Of a DNA stretch of 40,667 nt, positions 7,771-16,627 are shown in pieces. The position numbers and the translations under genes were made by a program. Origin of the DNA: a virus. The stretch is from IMG/VR virus record IMGVR_UViG_3300034135_000005, positions 1 to 40,667 of that record, one strand, 5' to 3'. The notes beneath the pieces are model-generated. The model was not told the DNA's origin. It made no database searches and worked only from the letters and a program-made list of their open reading frames with translations. Numbering within the stretch: the stretch's first letter is position 1; each line of letters starts with the position of its first letter.

Positions 7771-8997
7771 ATGACCACCGAGACAAAGACGGTCGCCGAG
7801 CAGGCGGCTGAGTTCAAGGCTGCGTTCGACAAGCGCTTCGACGAGCTGAAGGGCATCGCGACCGACGCGATCGGCAAGGCCGAGAAGGGCGAGCCCCTGA
7901 CCGCCGAAGCCAAGCAGAAGGCCGATGAGGCACTGACGACTGCCAACGAGGCGAAGGCTCGCCTGGATGAGGTCGAGCAGAAGCTCGATCGGCAGGTCGA
8001 GGGCGTCGTGCAGCGCGCCAAGTCGGCGGGCTATCAGATGATCGAGAGCGAAGAGGTCAAGTCGTTCATGGCGAACCCGACTTCGGGCAAGCGCGTGGGC
8101 GTCGAGGTCAAGGCGATCATCTCTGGCCTCACCACGGACGCCAACGGTTCGGCGGGCGATCTCGTCGATCCGCAGTTCCTGCCGGTTGTGCAGGCGGTCG
8201 AGCGTCGCATGACGATCCGCGACCTGCTGACGCCGGGCCGCACCAACAGCAGCTCGATCCAGTACCCGAAGGAGACTGGCTTCACCAACTCGGCGGCGAC
8301 GCACACGGAGACGGCGGGCACCGCGAAGCCTCAGTCGGAGATCAAGTTCGACATCGTGACTTCGGCGGTGACGACGATCGCGCATTGGGTTCTGGCAACG
8401 CGCCAGATCCTCGACGATGCACCGATGCTCCAGAGCTACATCGACGGGCGCCTGCGCTATGGCTTGGCCTATGCCGAAGAGCTTCAGCTGCTCAACGGCG
8501 ACGGCACGGGCACGAACCTGAACGGCGTTTACACGCAGGCGACCGCCATGTCGGCGAACCCGGCTGTCGTGGCATCGCCGCAAAAGATGGACGTGATCCG
8601 CTATGCGATGTTGCAGGCGGCTCTGGCGGAGTTCCCGCCGACCGGCATCGTCCTGCACCCGACCGATTGGGCGGGCATCGAGACGACCAAGGACAGCGCC
8701 GGCAACTACATCATCGGCGACCCTGCCGGCACGCTTTCGCCGCGCCTGTGGGGTCTGCCGGTGGTCGCTACGCAGGCGATGACGGTGGACAAGTTCCTGG
8801 TCGGCGCGTTCATGATGGGCGCGCAGATCTTCGACCGGCAGGACGCGCGGGTCGAGGTCTCGACCGAGGACAGCGACAACTTCCGCAAGAACCTGGTCAC
8901 GATCCTCGCCGAGGAGCGTCTGGCGCTGGCGGTGTATCGCCCCGAGGCGTTCATCAAGGGCGACTTCAGCGACGCCATCACCGACCTGACGTCGTAA
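7771..8997 (+). CDS. Major capsid protein (HK97 fold) with coiled-coil delta domain
   Basis: 408 aa with a K/E-rich N-terminal ~100 aa, then typical HK97 MCP sequence (IAHWVLATRQILDDAP, PTDWAGIE). Confidence 0.9.
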   Translation: MTTETKTVAEQAAEFKAAFDKRFDELKGIATDAIGKAEKGEPLTAEAKQKADEALTTANEAKARLDEVEQKLDRQVEGVVQRAKSAGYQMIESEEVKSFMANPTSGKRVGVEVKAIISGLTTDANGSAGDLVDPQFLPVVQAVERRMTIRDLLTPGRTNSSSIQYPKETGFTNSAATHTETAGTAKPQSEIKFDIVTSAVTTIAHWVLATRQILDDAPMLQSYIDGRLRYGLAYAEELQLLNGDGTGTNLNGVYTQATAMSANPAVVASPQKMDVIRYAMLQAALAEFPPTGIVLHPTDWAGIETTKDSAGNYIIGDPAGTLSPRLWGLPVVATQAMTVDKFLVGAFMMGAQIFDRQDARVEVSTEDSDNFRKNLVTILAEERLALAVYRPEAFIKGDFSDAITDLTS

Positions 8998-9004
8998 GCG
9001 GGAT

Positions 9005-9029
9005 GGGGCGGGCTGTAGCGGTCCGCCCC
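9005..9029 (+). terminator. Stem-loop just downstream of the capsid gene (attenuator or mRNA stabiliser; no clear U-tract)
   Basis: GGGGCGG..CCGCCCC 7-bp G/C stem, extendable by wobble pairs, followed by TCCTTGC. Confidence 0.3.
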
Positions 9030-9071
9030 TCCTTGCATCGACGTGAGCGACGATCACGGAAGGAACAGCAC

Positions 9072-9239
9072 ATGAGCGACGGCAAGGGTGCTTACGGCAC
9101 CGTCCACGTCATGGAAGACGAGATGCGCGCTGCCGAGCAGGGCGTATTCGAGCCGAAGTCGGGAGAGCCCGAGAAGAAGGCCGAACCCAAGCCCGCCAAC
9201 AAGATGGCGAAGGCACCAGCCAACAAGGGGGCCAAGTAG
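9072..9239 (+). CDS. Small K/P/E-rich protein (55 aa)
   Basis: ATG with GGAAGGA upstream. Only the last 56 codons of track ORF 8385-9239 lie outside the capsid gene. Confidence 0.5.
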   Translation: MSDGKGAYGTVHVMEDEMRAAEQGVFEPKSGEPEKKAEPKPANKMAKAPANKGAK

Positions 9240-9565
9240 TGGCCCGCACCTCAGCACGCTCCAAGCAGTCGGCCGGCGCGTTCGCCGCGACCAACATGCC
9301 GGTCAACTCGGTCCTGCCGGCGATCACCGGCACGGCTACGGTAGGGCAGACCCTGACCTGTTCGTCCGGCACATGGTCGAAGTCGCCGACGTACGCCTAC
9401 CAGTGGCAGCGCGGCGGCAACCCGATCATCGGCGCCACTGCTTCAACCCGTGTTCTTGCGGGAGCGGACGAAGGTGCGCTGATGACCTGCACCGTCAAGG
9501 CGACCAACTCGGGCGTCTCGGCTGTCGCCACCAGCGCGGCCACGGCAGCCATCGCGGCGGCGTGA
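9239..9565 (+). CDS. Ig-like domain protein (possible capsid decoration)
   Basis: Ig-like repeat signature ITGTATVGQTLTCSSGTWSKSPTYAYQWQRGGNPIIGAT..TCTVKATN. The start is uncertain (GTG 9239 or ATG 9296). Confidence 0.55.
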   Translation: MARTSARSKQSAGAFAATNMPVNSVLPAITGTATVGQTLTCSSGTWSKSPTYAYQWQRGGNPIIGATASTRVLAGADEGALMTCTVKATNSGVSAVATSAATAAIAAA

Positions 9566-10122
9566 CCCTCACCTCGGTCACGCCGGCAGACGGCGAAGCC
9601 ATCCTCCCGCTCGCGTTGCTCAAGAAGCGCATCCGCGTGAAAGCGACGGACGAAGACACGGACATCGAGCGGATGCGAGCGCAGGCGATAGATTTCGTCG
9701 AGCGGCACAGCGGGGTCGCATTGCAGCGGCGCGCGTTCGTGCAGACCGACAAGCAGTTCTGCCGTTCGATGCGGCTTCTGGTCGGGCCGGTGGCGAGCGT
9801 CGAGGGCGTAACCTATCGCGACACGGACGGCACTGACACCGCATTGGATGACGCCGCCTGGTTCCTTGGTGGCGGCTACCTGTCCGCGGCGGCTGGCACG
9901 TCGTGGCCCTACGCCAGCGGGCAAGAGGGCGCGGTCAGCATTGAGTTCACCGCGGGGCTTGAGGATGCCGAGGCGCAAGCGCCGTCTTTGATTGCTGCCG
10001 TAGAGCTCATGGTTGGGCACCTTTTTGCCAATCGCGAGGGCGTGAACGTCGGTAACATTGTGACGCCGATGCCGTTCGGGATCAGCGCGCTTTGTGATCA
10101 GTATCGGACGCCGGGCATATGA
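9562..10122 (+). CDS. Head-tail connector (gp6-like)
   Basis: GTGA overlap at 9562. C-terminal LIAAVELMVGHLFANRE is typical of gp6-like connector proteins. Confidence 0.7.
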   Translation: MTLTSVTPADGEAILPLALLKKRIRVKATDEDTDIERMRAQAIDFVERHSGVALQRRAFVQTDKQFCRSMRLLVGPVASVEGVTYRDTDGTDTALDDAAWFLGGGYLSAAAGTSWPYASGQEGAVSIEFTAGLEDAEAQAPSLIAAVELMVGHLFANREGVNVGNIVTPMPFGISALCDQYRTPGI

Positions 10123-10451
10123 GAGCCGGTGAGCGCAACTACCTGATCGTCATCGAGCGCGCCGGTACACCCGTTGACGACGGCTATACGACGCAGCCGG
10201 GGGCATGGGCGACGTGGTGCGAGGAATACGCCGCGGTTCGGTTCAACCCCGGCACTGAGCGTCGCGAGGCGGCACAGGAGCGGGCTTCTGCGGTCGCAAC
10301 CTTCACGGTGCTGGCGAACGACAAGACCCGCGCAGTGGTGCCGACCGATCGCATTCAGTTCGACTCAATTACTTGGGATATCACGTCGAACATTCCGGGG
10401 CGGGACTACAACGCCGAGCGCGATCTCGAAGCAATTCGGGCGGACGCATGA
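10119..10451 (+). CDS. Head-tail adaptor / head closure protein (SPP1 gp16-like)
   Basis: 110 aa. Position and sequence pattern (RNYLIVIER...ATFTV) fit the family. Confidence 0.7.
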   Translation: MRAGERNYLIVIERAGTPVDDGYTTQPGAWATWCEEYAAVRFNPGTERREAAQERASAVATFTVLANDKTRAVVPTDRIQFDSITWDITSNIPGRDYNAERDLEAIRADA

Positions 10452-10888
10452 CGGTCAAGATGGAGGGCTTCAGAGAGCTGGAGCGCTCCCTGGCGGAACT
10501 GCCCAAGGCAGCCGCCAAAGCGACGTTGCAGCGGGTGCTCAAGAAGGCTGCCGCCCCGGTGCAGGCTGCCATGCGTGAGAAGGCTCCTAAGCTTACCGGC
10601 CAACTGGAACGCTCGATCGTCACTGGAACGAGACTGACGCGGCGGCAGGCTCAGGCGGCAAAGAAAGAAGGCAAAGCCTTCTCAGAGATCTACATCGGCA
10701 CGGCAAACCCGGCTGGCGTGCCGCAGGAGTTCGGGACGGTAAAAGCCCAAGCGCAGCCCTTCGCGCGCCCAGCCTGGGAAGAGACGCAAGACGAGGCCTT
10801 GGCGATCATCTCGACCGAACTCGGCGCGGAGATTGAGAAGTCAGCGGTTCGCCTAGGGCGCAAGACGGCCGGGCTGGCGAGGGGCTAA
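10448..10888 (+). CDS. HK97 gp10-like tail completion protein
   Basis: ATGA overlap at 10448. ELPKAAAKATLQRVLKKAAAPV..AQPFARPAWEE pattern. Confidence 0.7.
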   Translation: MTVKMEGFRELERSLAELPKAAAKATLQRVLKKAAAPVQAAMREKAPKLTGQLERSIVTGTRLTRRQAQAAKKEGKAFSEIYIGTANPAGVPQEFGTVKAQAQPFARPAWEETQDEALAIISTELGAEIEKSAVRLGRKTAGLARG

Positions 10889-10891
10889 CCG

Positions 10892-11284
10892 ATGGACATG
10901 GAAAGTGCCCTGCGCGCGCGGCTACTCGCTGCGTCGCCCGTCACCGCGCTTGTCGCGCAGCGGGTCTATTGGGTTGACCGACCACAGGCATCGGCGCTGC
11001 CATCGATTACGCTTCAGCACGTCACCGACGAGCGGGTGCAGCACTACACCGGCTTCAACGATCTTCAGCCCGGTTACGTCCAAGTGGACTGTTGGGCTGC
11101 AACCTATGCGCAAGGCAAGTCTCTCAAGGAGGCGGTCATCGCGGCCCTGACGCCGGCGGTCACCGCTAACGGCTTCAGCTTCACCCGAGCCTTCGTCACT
11201 GCCCGCGACCTGAGCGAGCGCACCGACACTCAGTTCATTCACCGTCCAAGCATGGACTTCACCTTCCACTACGCGAACGCCTGA
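10892..11284 (+). CDS. DUF3168-like tail terminator
   Basis: LRARLLA..VTALVAQRVYW..LPSITLQHV pattern. Position is immediately before the major tail gene. Confidence 0.65.
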   Translation: MDMESALRARLLAASPVTALVAQRVYWVDRPQASALPSITLQHVTDERVQHYTGFNDLQPGYVQVDCWAATYAQGKSLKEAVIAALTPAVTANGFSFTRAFVTARDLSERTDTQFIHRPSMDFTFHYANA

Positions 11285-11295
11285 AGGAGGCTTAA

Positions 11296-11730
11296 ATGGC
11301 TGACGAATACACGGGCTTCGGCTCGACCTTTAGCATCGGCAACCCGACCACCCTGCTCGAGCTGGCGAACATCGAGGAGTGGCCCGACCTTCCTTCGTTC
11401 ACCCGCGATCTGCTCGACACGACCAACTTCAAGACGACCGGCGGGTTCATGACCTACATCGGCAGTCCGCTGAAGGACGGTGCCGAAAGCGACTTGGTGA
11501 TGAAGATCGCGCTTGGCTCCGCCAGCGATACGGCGTGCCGCACCGCCATGGCAGACGGCAATGCCCGTCCGTACAAGATGGTTCTGCCGCTGGCGGACGG
11601 TGAGACGTGGGAGATCACGGGCAACCTGATCGTGCGCAACTACATCCGCACCAATCCCAAGGCAGACCTGCGGCTCGCCACCCTCACTGTGAAGTGGACG
11701 GGCGAGGCGACCGAGGCGGCAGGCGCCTAA
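11296..11730 (+). CDS. Major tail (tube) protein, TP901-1/RcGTA type
   Basis: 144 aa with RBS GAAGGAGG. Gene order matches a major tail protein. Confidence 0.75.
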   Translation: MADEYTGFGSTFSIGNPTTLLELANIEEWPDLPSFTRDLLDTTNFKTTGGFMTYIGSPLKDGAESDLVMKIALGSASDTACRTAMADGNARPYKMVLPLADGETWEITGNLIVRNYIRTNPKADLRLATLTVKWTGEATEAAGA

Positions 11731-12125
11731 TGGTCGCGGCCTTCTACCACGAGCAGACCGTCGATATTGAGGGCGAGCCTATCCGCTTCGTTCTCGACTT
11801 CGCAGCGATCGACGCCACGGAGAGCCTGCTCGGCGGGCGCGGCTACGACACCATCCTAGCGGACATGATGGATGGAACCGCGCCACTAGCGGTGCAGGCC
11901 AAGGTGCTGTGGGGCTTGCTCCGCCGGCATCACCCGGAACTGAGCCTGGACCAAGCCACCACGCTCCTGTTCGGGCGCACCGGACTAATCGTGGGGGCTT
12001 CGCTCGGCACGCTCATCAACGCGGCGTTCCCGACAGCGGACCCGGAGAAAGCGAAGGGCGAAAACCCTCGCAAGCCGCGTGGTGCCTCGCCGACTTCTTC
12101 ACCGCGTGGTGCGCGGAAAGCCTGA
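11730..12125 (+). CDS. Tail assembly chaperone (G-like, RcGTA type)
   Basis: TAATG overlap at 11730. Position between tube and tape measure. The 0-frame tail after ~12070 is low-complexity. Confidence 0.75.
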   Translation: MVAAFYHEQTVDIEGEPIRFVLDFAAIDATESLLGGRGYDTILADMMDGTAPLAVQAKVLWGLLRRHHPELSLDQATTLLFGRTGLIVGASLGTLINAAFPTADPEKAKGENPRKPRGASPTSSPRGARKA

Positions 12126-12427
12126 ACCCGGACGATTTTTGGGGGCAGACGCCGCGAACGTTCGTCGCGGTGATGAAGGGGCGAGCCCACGCGGCTGAAC
12201 AGCGCGACCTTGAGAACCACCTACAGGCGTGGCGCACCGCCAACTATGTGCAGGCGAGCAAGCTGAAGAACTTCGCCGAGTACCTGCCCAAGCCGGCGGA
12301 CGCCCCGGCGGTGCAGCCCGAGGTCATCCTCGACGCGATGCTTACGATGCAGGCGCATGGCGTGGCGATGAACGTTCGGCGGGTGGATTCGCCAACGGCG
12401 CTAACGGTTGATAAGAAGCGGGAATGA
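12071..12427 (+). CDS. Tail assembly chaperone -1-frame segment (T-like), probably made as a G-T fusion by frameshifting
   Basis: -1 frame, open from 11909. The conserved-looking domain starts at AAWCLADFF..LNPDDFWGQTPRTF with no ATG/GTG/TTG before 12170. Confidence 0.55.
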   Translation, partial: QAAWCLADFFTAWCAESLNPDDFWGQTPRTFVAVMKGRAHAAEQRDLENHLQAWRTANYVQASKLKNFAEYLPKPADAPAVQPEVILDAMLTMQAHGVAMNVRRVDSPTALTVDKKRE

Positions 12428-12837
12428 AAGCCATTATCATGCTTGCCGCGTTTGTTGGAGCGTCCGCGCCAGCAACTCAGTTCGACCTCACCTGCAAGGG
12501 GACGCTGACGGCAATCAGCCTGGTCAGCGGGAAAACGACCGAACCGTATGAGCGGCGGTTGCGGGTCGACCTGACCCGCAAGAAGTATTGCGAGGATCAG
12601 TGCAAGGCGCTCTTCGAAATAGCGGATGTCGGGCCGACACAAATCACGTTCCAAGACAAAGATAGCGGACCTGGGCGCGAGCGTGAGATGACAAAGAGCT
12701 ACGTCAATCGCGAGACGGGCGAGCACCGGTCGCTATCGAGTTCGGAGGGCTTCGGTGGCGGCCTAACGATGAGCTGGGTGGGAGCCTGCGAAAAGCGGCC
12801 GTTCAGCGGGTTTCCGAGCTTTGAAACCAAGTTCTGA
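12424..12837 (+). CDS. Small secreted protein (moron inside the tail module)
   Basis: ATGA-coupled start. Signal peptide MKAIIMLAAFVGASAPA. Four Cys. Lower GC3 than flanking genes. Confidence 0.75.
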   Translation: MKAIIMLAAFVGASAPATQFDLTCKGTLTAISLVSGKTTEPYERRLRVDLTRKKYCEDQCKALFEIADVGPTQITFQDKDSGPGREREMTKSYVNRETGEHRSLSSSEGFGGGLTMSWVGACEKRPFSGFPSFETKF

Positions 12838-12916
12838 CGTAGTAAGCTGATCGGACCGAGGCGGCGCGCCAACGCCAGCCCCGGCCCTAACCACCACCGA
12901 TCGAGAAGGGATCGAG

Positions 12917-13711
12917 ATGGCTGAAGCCGCCATAGGCGCGCTGAAGGCGTGCACCAAGTGCGGGGCTGAGAAGCCTGCTGACCGGCACCATTTCCCGCCA
13001 GTCGGTAAGGGCTTAAGGCCTCGGTGCCGACCGTGTTGGCAAGAGCATGAGCGCGAGTATTTCTGGGCCAATCGCGAGCGAAAGCGCGAAATAGCGACGG
13101 GCGTCCGCCAGCGTGCCGATAAAGCCCGCCGCAAAGAAAAACTTGATGCTTGGCGTGCGGCGAACCCCGACAAGGTTCGGTTCAACGATCTGCGCCGTTC
13201 TGCGAGGATAAAGACTGACCCTACGGAGCGGGCAAAGGCCAGCGAACGACAGCGACGGTGGCGGGAGAATAACCCGGATAAGGTTCGCTCCCAGCGGCGC
13301 GAGAGATACAAAGACCCTGAGGTCGCGCAGCGCTCCCGAGAAGCAACCCGCCGCTGGCGGCAAGCCAACGCAGAGACGGCGCGCGAAAAAGACCGGCAGT
13401 ATCGCGCTGCGCACCCGGAATACGTGATCGAACACGCCGAAAGACGCCGCGCTCGGCTTCTTCGTGCTGAGGGTGACTTCACCGGAAATGACGTGATTGC
13501 CTTGATCAAATCATACGGGCGTGTTTGCTACTACTGCTCCACGAAGCTCAAGAAGTTTCAGGTAGACCATTTCATTCCGCTATCTCGCGGCGGATCGAAC
13601 TGGCCGAATAATCTCGTTATCGCTTGTCAACCCTGCAACGGGAGTAAGGCCGCGAAGATGCCATGGGAATGGAAGCCAGAACGCTTCCTGCCCGGTGCCG
13701 CGCCATACTAG
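12917..13711 (+). CDS. HNH endonuclease with N-terminal Zn-ribbon and basic W/Y-R-x-x-N-x-E/D repeats
   Basis: CTKCG..CRPC; repeats RRWRENNPDKV and RRWRQANAET; HNH core CYYCSTKLKKFQVDHFIPLSRGGSNWPNNLVIACQPCNGSK. Confidence 0.85.
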   Translation: MAEAAIGALKACTKCGAEKPADRHHFPPVGKGLRPRCRPCWQEHEREYFWANRERKREIATGVRQRADKARRKEKLDAWRAANPDKVRFNDLRRSARIKTDPTERAKASERQRRWRENNPDKVRSQRRERYKDPEVAQRSREATRRWRQANAETAREKDRQYRAAHPEYVIEHAERRRARLLRAEGDFTGNDVIALIKSYGRVCYYCSTKLKKFQVDHFIPLSRGGSNWPNNLVIACQPCNGSKAAKMPWEWKPERFLPGAAPY

Positions 13712-13727
13712 AAAATAGGAGACTCCG

Positions 13728-16040
13728 GTGGCAGGTGAATTGATTGGAGCGTTGCGGGTCACGTTGGGAATTGACCCGGCTGAGTTTTCCAAAGGCTTAT
13801 CGCAGGCAGAAAGCCGGGCGGAGCGTGCCGGCTTGGCTATTGGTAGGTCGCTTCGGACTATCGGCACAGCAGTTGGGGCACTTGCGGCGGGCTTGAGCGC
13901 AGGTGTGATGTTGAAGGTTGCAGGCGATGCGCTCGAATATGCGGCATCACTAGGCGAGGTGGCGCAGCAGCTGGGCGTCACCACCCGAGACCTTCAGGTG
14001 TTCCGCTACGCCGCTACGCAGGTAGGGATCAGCCAGGATGAAATGGACAAAGGTCTGGGTAAGCTAACCCAGACGATGGGAAAGGCAGCTGCCGGCGCGA
14101 AAGCTCCTGCGGCCGCGTTTGGAGCCATCGGTATCTCGCTTGCCGAACTACGCGGCAAGACAGCCGGCGATGTCCTGCCAATGATTGCAGATGGGCTAAA
14201 GAAGATTGAGAGCCCAGCGCAGCGGGCGGCGGTTGAGGTGGCACTGTTCGGGAAGGTTGGTCAGAAACTCGACACGCTTCTTAAAGACGGCTCAAGCGGC
14301 ATCAACGAACTCACTCAAGCCGCAGAATCACTCGGCATCGTCTTAAGCGACCGACAAATTCAAGATGCGAACGCAACGGCAAGCAAGCTGTCCCAATTGC
14401 AGACTGTTTTGTCAGCGAACATCGCCGGAGCCGTCGCTGATAACGCGCGTTCAATCTATGGGTTTGTTGACTCCCTGACTAAGCTTGTGGCCAAGATTCC
14501 AGAAGCAATTCGCGCGATGCAGAACTTCCGAGATAGGATCGGCGTCGCGGAAGGATTGGGCCGGACCGCGCTCGGTGTGGTCACTGGCAACGAAGCGACG
14601 ATGAACGACGGGCTGTATAACGCTCGCCAAGCCGGGGCTAGGATCAAGAACCGTAACGCTCAGGCTAAACTCAATGCTGCGGCAGCCAAGCTTGAGCGAA
14701 AAGGCTTTATTGTTCCACGAAACGCAGACGGCACCGTGTACGCGATGGGAGTTCGGCGCGCGCCAAAGCGGCCGACCGGCGGGGGCGACGGTGCTCAGTT
14801 CCTCGCTGGCGGCGGAGGTGGGCGCAAGAAGGGCGGCGGCGGGGCGGGCGATGCCGAGCGCCAGCGCAAGGATGCCCTACGCGACGCCTTCCGCGCCGAT
14901 TCTGACGAGCGCCGTGCGCGCATGGAGATACTGCGCGCGCAGCAAGACCTCGCCCATGACGTAAAGGATCGAGGCGTGATTGCCGAGCAGCTGCTTGCGC
15001 TTGAGAAGCAGGACGAGCAGGCGCAGATCGCGCAGAACGTGGCCATGGGCGACTTGACCAAGGCGCAGGCCGACAAGCAGCTCGCGCTTCTGGACACCGT
15101 TTCGGGGCTTCAACTCGAGCGCCAGAAGCAAGACGAGGCTTACGAGATCCAGCGCGCCATGATCGAGCGCCAGCGGGCTATCGCGGACTCTGCGATCGAA
15201 GTGCAGGAGATGGAGGCTTCACTTGCCGAGACGGCAGCGGAGCGGCGCACCCTTGAACTTCGGATTGTCCAGGCGAAGTTTGCTCAGCTGCGTCAAATCC
15301 AACAGGATGTCATTGACGACCAGCGGAGCAGCCAAGAGCAGAAGGATGCGGCTGGCAGACGCCTGATCGACCTCGACAAGCTCCAGGGTGGCGCGACGGA
15401 GCAGACGTTGCGCGGCACGCGCGGCCCGTTCGAAGAGTTCCTGAACACCCTCCCAAATACGGCGGCGCAGGCAAACGAGGCGCTAGAAGCTGTAGCGACG
15501 GGCGGGATCGCCAGCCTAGTCGATGGGCTCACCGACGCTATGAGCGGCGCTCGCTCGCTTGGCGATGTGTTCTCGTCGGTCACGAAGGGCATCATTGCCG
15601 ACCTGATCAAGATCCAAATCCAGAAGGCTATCGTGGGCGCGCTCGGCAAGGCGATGAGCTTGTTCGGCGGCGGCGGCGGGAGCGAGGCTGGGCTTTTCGG
15701 CAAGCAGTACGGGGGCGGGGGAGGTCTCGCGGGTGGGCTAGACCTGTCTAAGGTGCAGTTCGGGGGCCTCCCCAAGCTCGCCGGCGGCGGCGTCATCAAG
15801 GTTGGCGGTCGCGGCGGCGTCGATACCAACCTGCTGAGCATCAACGGACGCCCGGCGGCGATGGTCAATCGCGGTGAGAATATCCGTGTCGATCCGACCA
15901 ACGACAACGCTCGAGGCAGTATCGTCCGGGTGATCGTGGAGGAGAACCCGATGTTCGCCGCGCGAGTGCAGACGATCGCGGGCGGGCAGGTTGAGGCCTA
16001 CGCCAGCAGCCAAGCCCGCGTGCGGCGCTACACCAAATGA
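13728..16040 (+). CDS. Tail tape measure protein
   Basis: 770 aa with RBS TAGGAGA before the GTG. Long coiled-coil core and Gly-rich tracts. Canonical position. Confidence 0.9.
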   Translation: MAGELIGALRVTLGIDPAEFSKGLSQAESRAERAGLAIGRSLRTIGTAVGALAAGLSAGVMLKVAGDALEYAASLGEVAQQLGVTTRDLQVFRYAATQVGISQDEMDKGLGKLTQTMGKAAAGAKAPAAAFGAIGISLAELRGKTAGDVLPMIADGLKKIESPAQRAAVEVALFGKVGQKLDTLLKDGSSGINELTQAAESLGIVLSDRQIQDANATASKLSQLQTVLSANIAGAVADNARSIYGFVDSLTKLVAKIPEAIRAMQNFRDRIGVAEGLGRTALGVVTGNEATMNDGLYNARQAGARIKNRNAQAKLNAAAAKLERKGFIVPRNADGTVYAMGVRRAPKRPTGGGDGAQFLAGGGGGRKKGGGGAGDAERQRKDALRDAFRADSDERRARMEILRAQQDLAHDVKDRGVIAEQLLALEKQDEQAQIAQNVAMGDLTKAQADKQLALLDTVSGLQLERQKQDEAYEIQRAMIERQRAIADSAIEVQEMEASLAETAAERRTLELRIVQAKFAQLRQIQQDVIDDQRSSQEQKDAAGRRLIDLDKLQGGATEQTLRGTRGPFEEFLNTLPNTAAQANEALEAVATGGIASLVDGLTDAMSGARSLGDVFSSVTKGIIADLIKIQIQKAIVGALGKAMSLFGGGGGSEAGLFGKQYGGGGGLAGGLDLSKVQFGGLPKLAGGGVIKVGGRGGVDTNLLSINGRPAAMVNRGENIRVDPTNDNARGSIVRVIVEENPMFAARVQTIAGGQVEAYASSQARVRRYTK

Positions 16041-16627
16041 GCATCGACCTCACCGGCATCCCCATCCGCATGATGCAGCCGGCGGCGCTGCGCTTTGGCG
16101 GGGTGATCACACCGGGAACGGGCGGGCCGACGCAGCGTGTCGATCGCATCGGTTCGCGGTGGGCGTTCGGCTTTGAAACGTCAGCCATGCGGATCGAGCC
16201 GGACGGGCGGCGGTGGGGTGCATTGCTTGATCGGGCAGACCGCGACGGCGTGCTGATTGCGATCGAGCAGCCGGACTTCGATCCCGGTGCGCCTGGCAGC
16301 CCTACGGTGACGAGCAATACCGCATCGGGGCGTAGCGTGCCGATCACGGGCGCGACGCCGCGCTATGCGGTGCGGCCGGGGCAGTGGGTGTCATTCGTCC
16401 ACGGCGGGCGGCGCTACCTCGACCGGGTGAGCGAGCAGGTGATCCTCGACGGCAGCGGCGCGGGGACGCTGGTGCTGCTGAACCTGATCCGCACGCCGCT
16501 CACTGCTGGCGATGTGGTGGAGCTTGGGCGCCCGATGATTGAGGGCAGCCTAGAGGGCTATCAGCCGGGGGCGTGGGAGCTTGAGCGGGTGACCGCGTTC
16601 AGCTTCACGGTTCGGGAGGACGCATGA
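16037..16627 (+). CDS. Distal tail / minor tail protein
   Basis: ATGA overlap with the tape measure gene. 196 aa. Assigned by gene order in the RcGTA-type tail module. Confidence 0.6.
   Translation: MSIDLTGIPIRMMQPAALRFGGVITPGTGGPTQRVDRIGSRWAFGFETSAMRIEPDGRRWGALLDRADRDGVLIAIEQPDFDPGAPGSPTVTSNTASGRSVPITGATPRYAVRPGQWVSFVHGGRRYLDRVSEQVILDGSGAGTLVLLNLIRTPLTAGDVVELGRPMIEGSLEGYQPGAWELERVTAFSFTVREDA

Noticed and set aside
7750-9057. 435-aa ORF on the minus strand across the capsid gene
   Set aside because: Shadow ORF typical of high-GC DNA. It is Arg/Ala/Leu/Asp-rich with no motifs and is fully antisense to a confidently identified HK97-type capsid gene.
8385-9071. Upstream part of track ORF 8385-9239, and similar long N-terminal extensions of 9088-10122, 17715-19973 and 21309-22937
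   Set aside because: The extensions are alternative-frame read-through inside upstream genes. The real starts are the ATGA/GTGA-coupled codons at 9072, 9562, 18069 and 21393.
11909-12427. Independent GTG start at 11909 for the second chaperone ORF
   Set aside because: It would require a 216-nt same-strand overlap with the first chaperone gene. A frameshift fusion is the more plausible reading.
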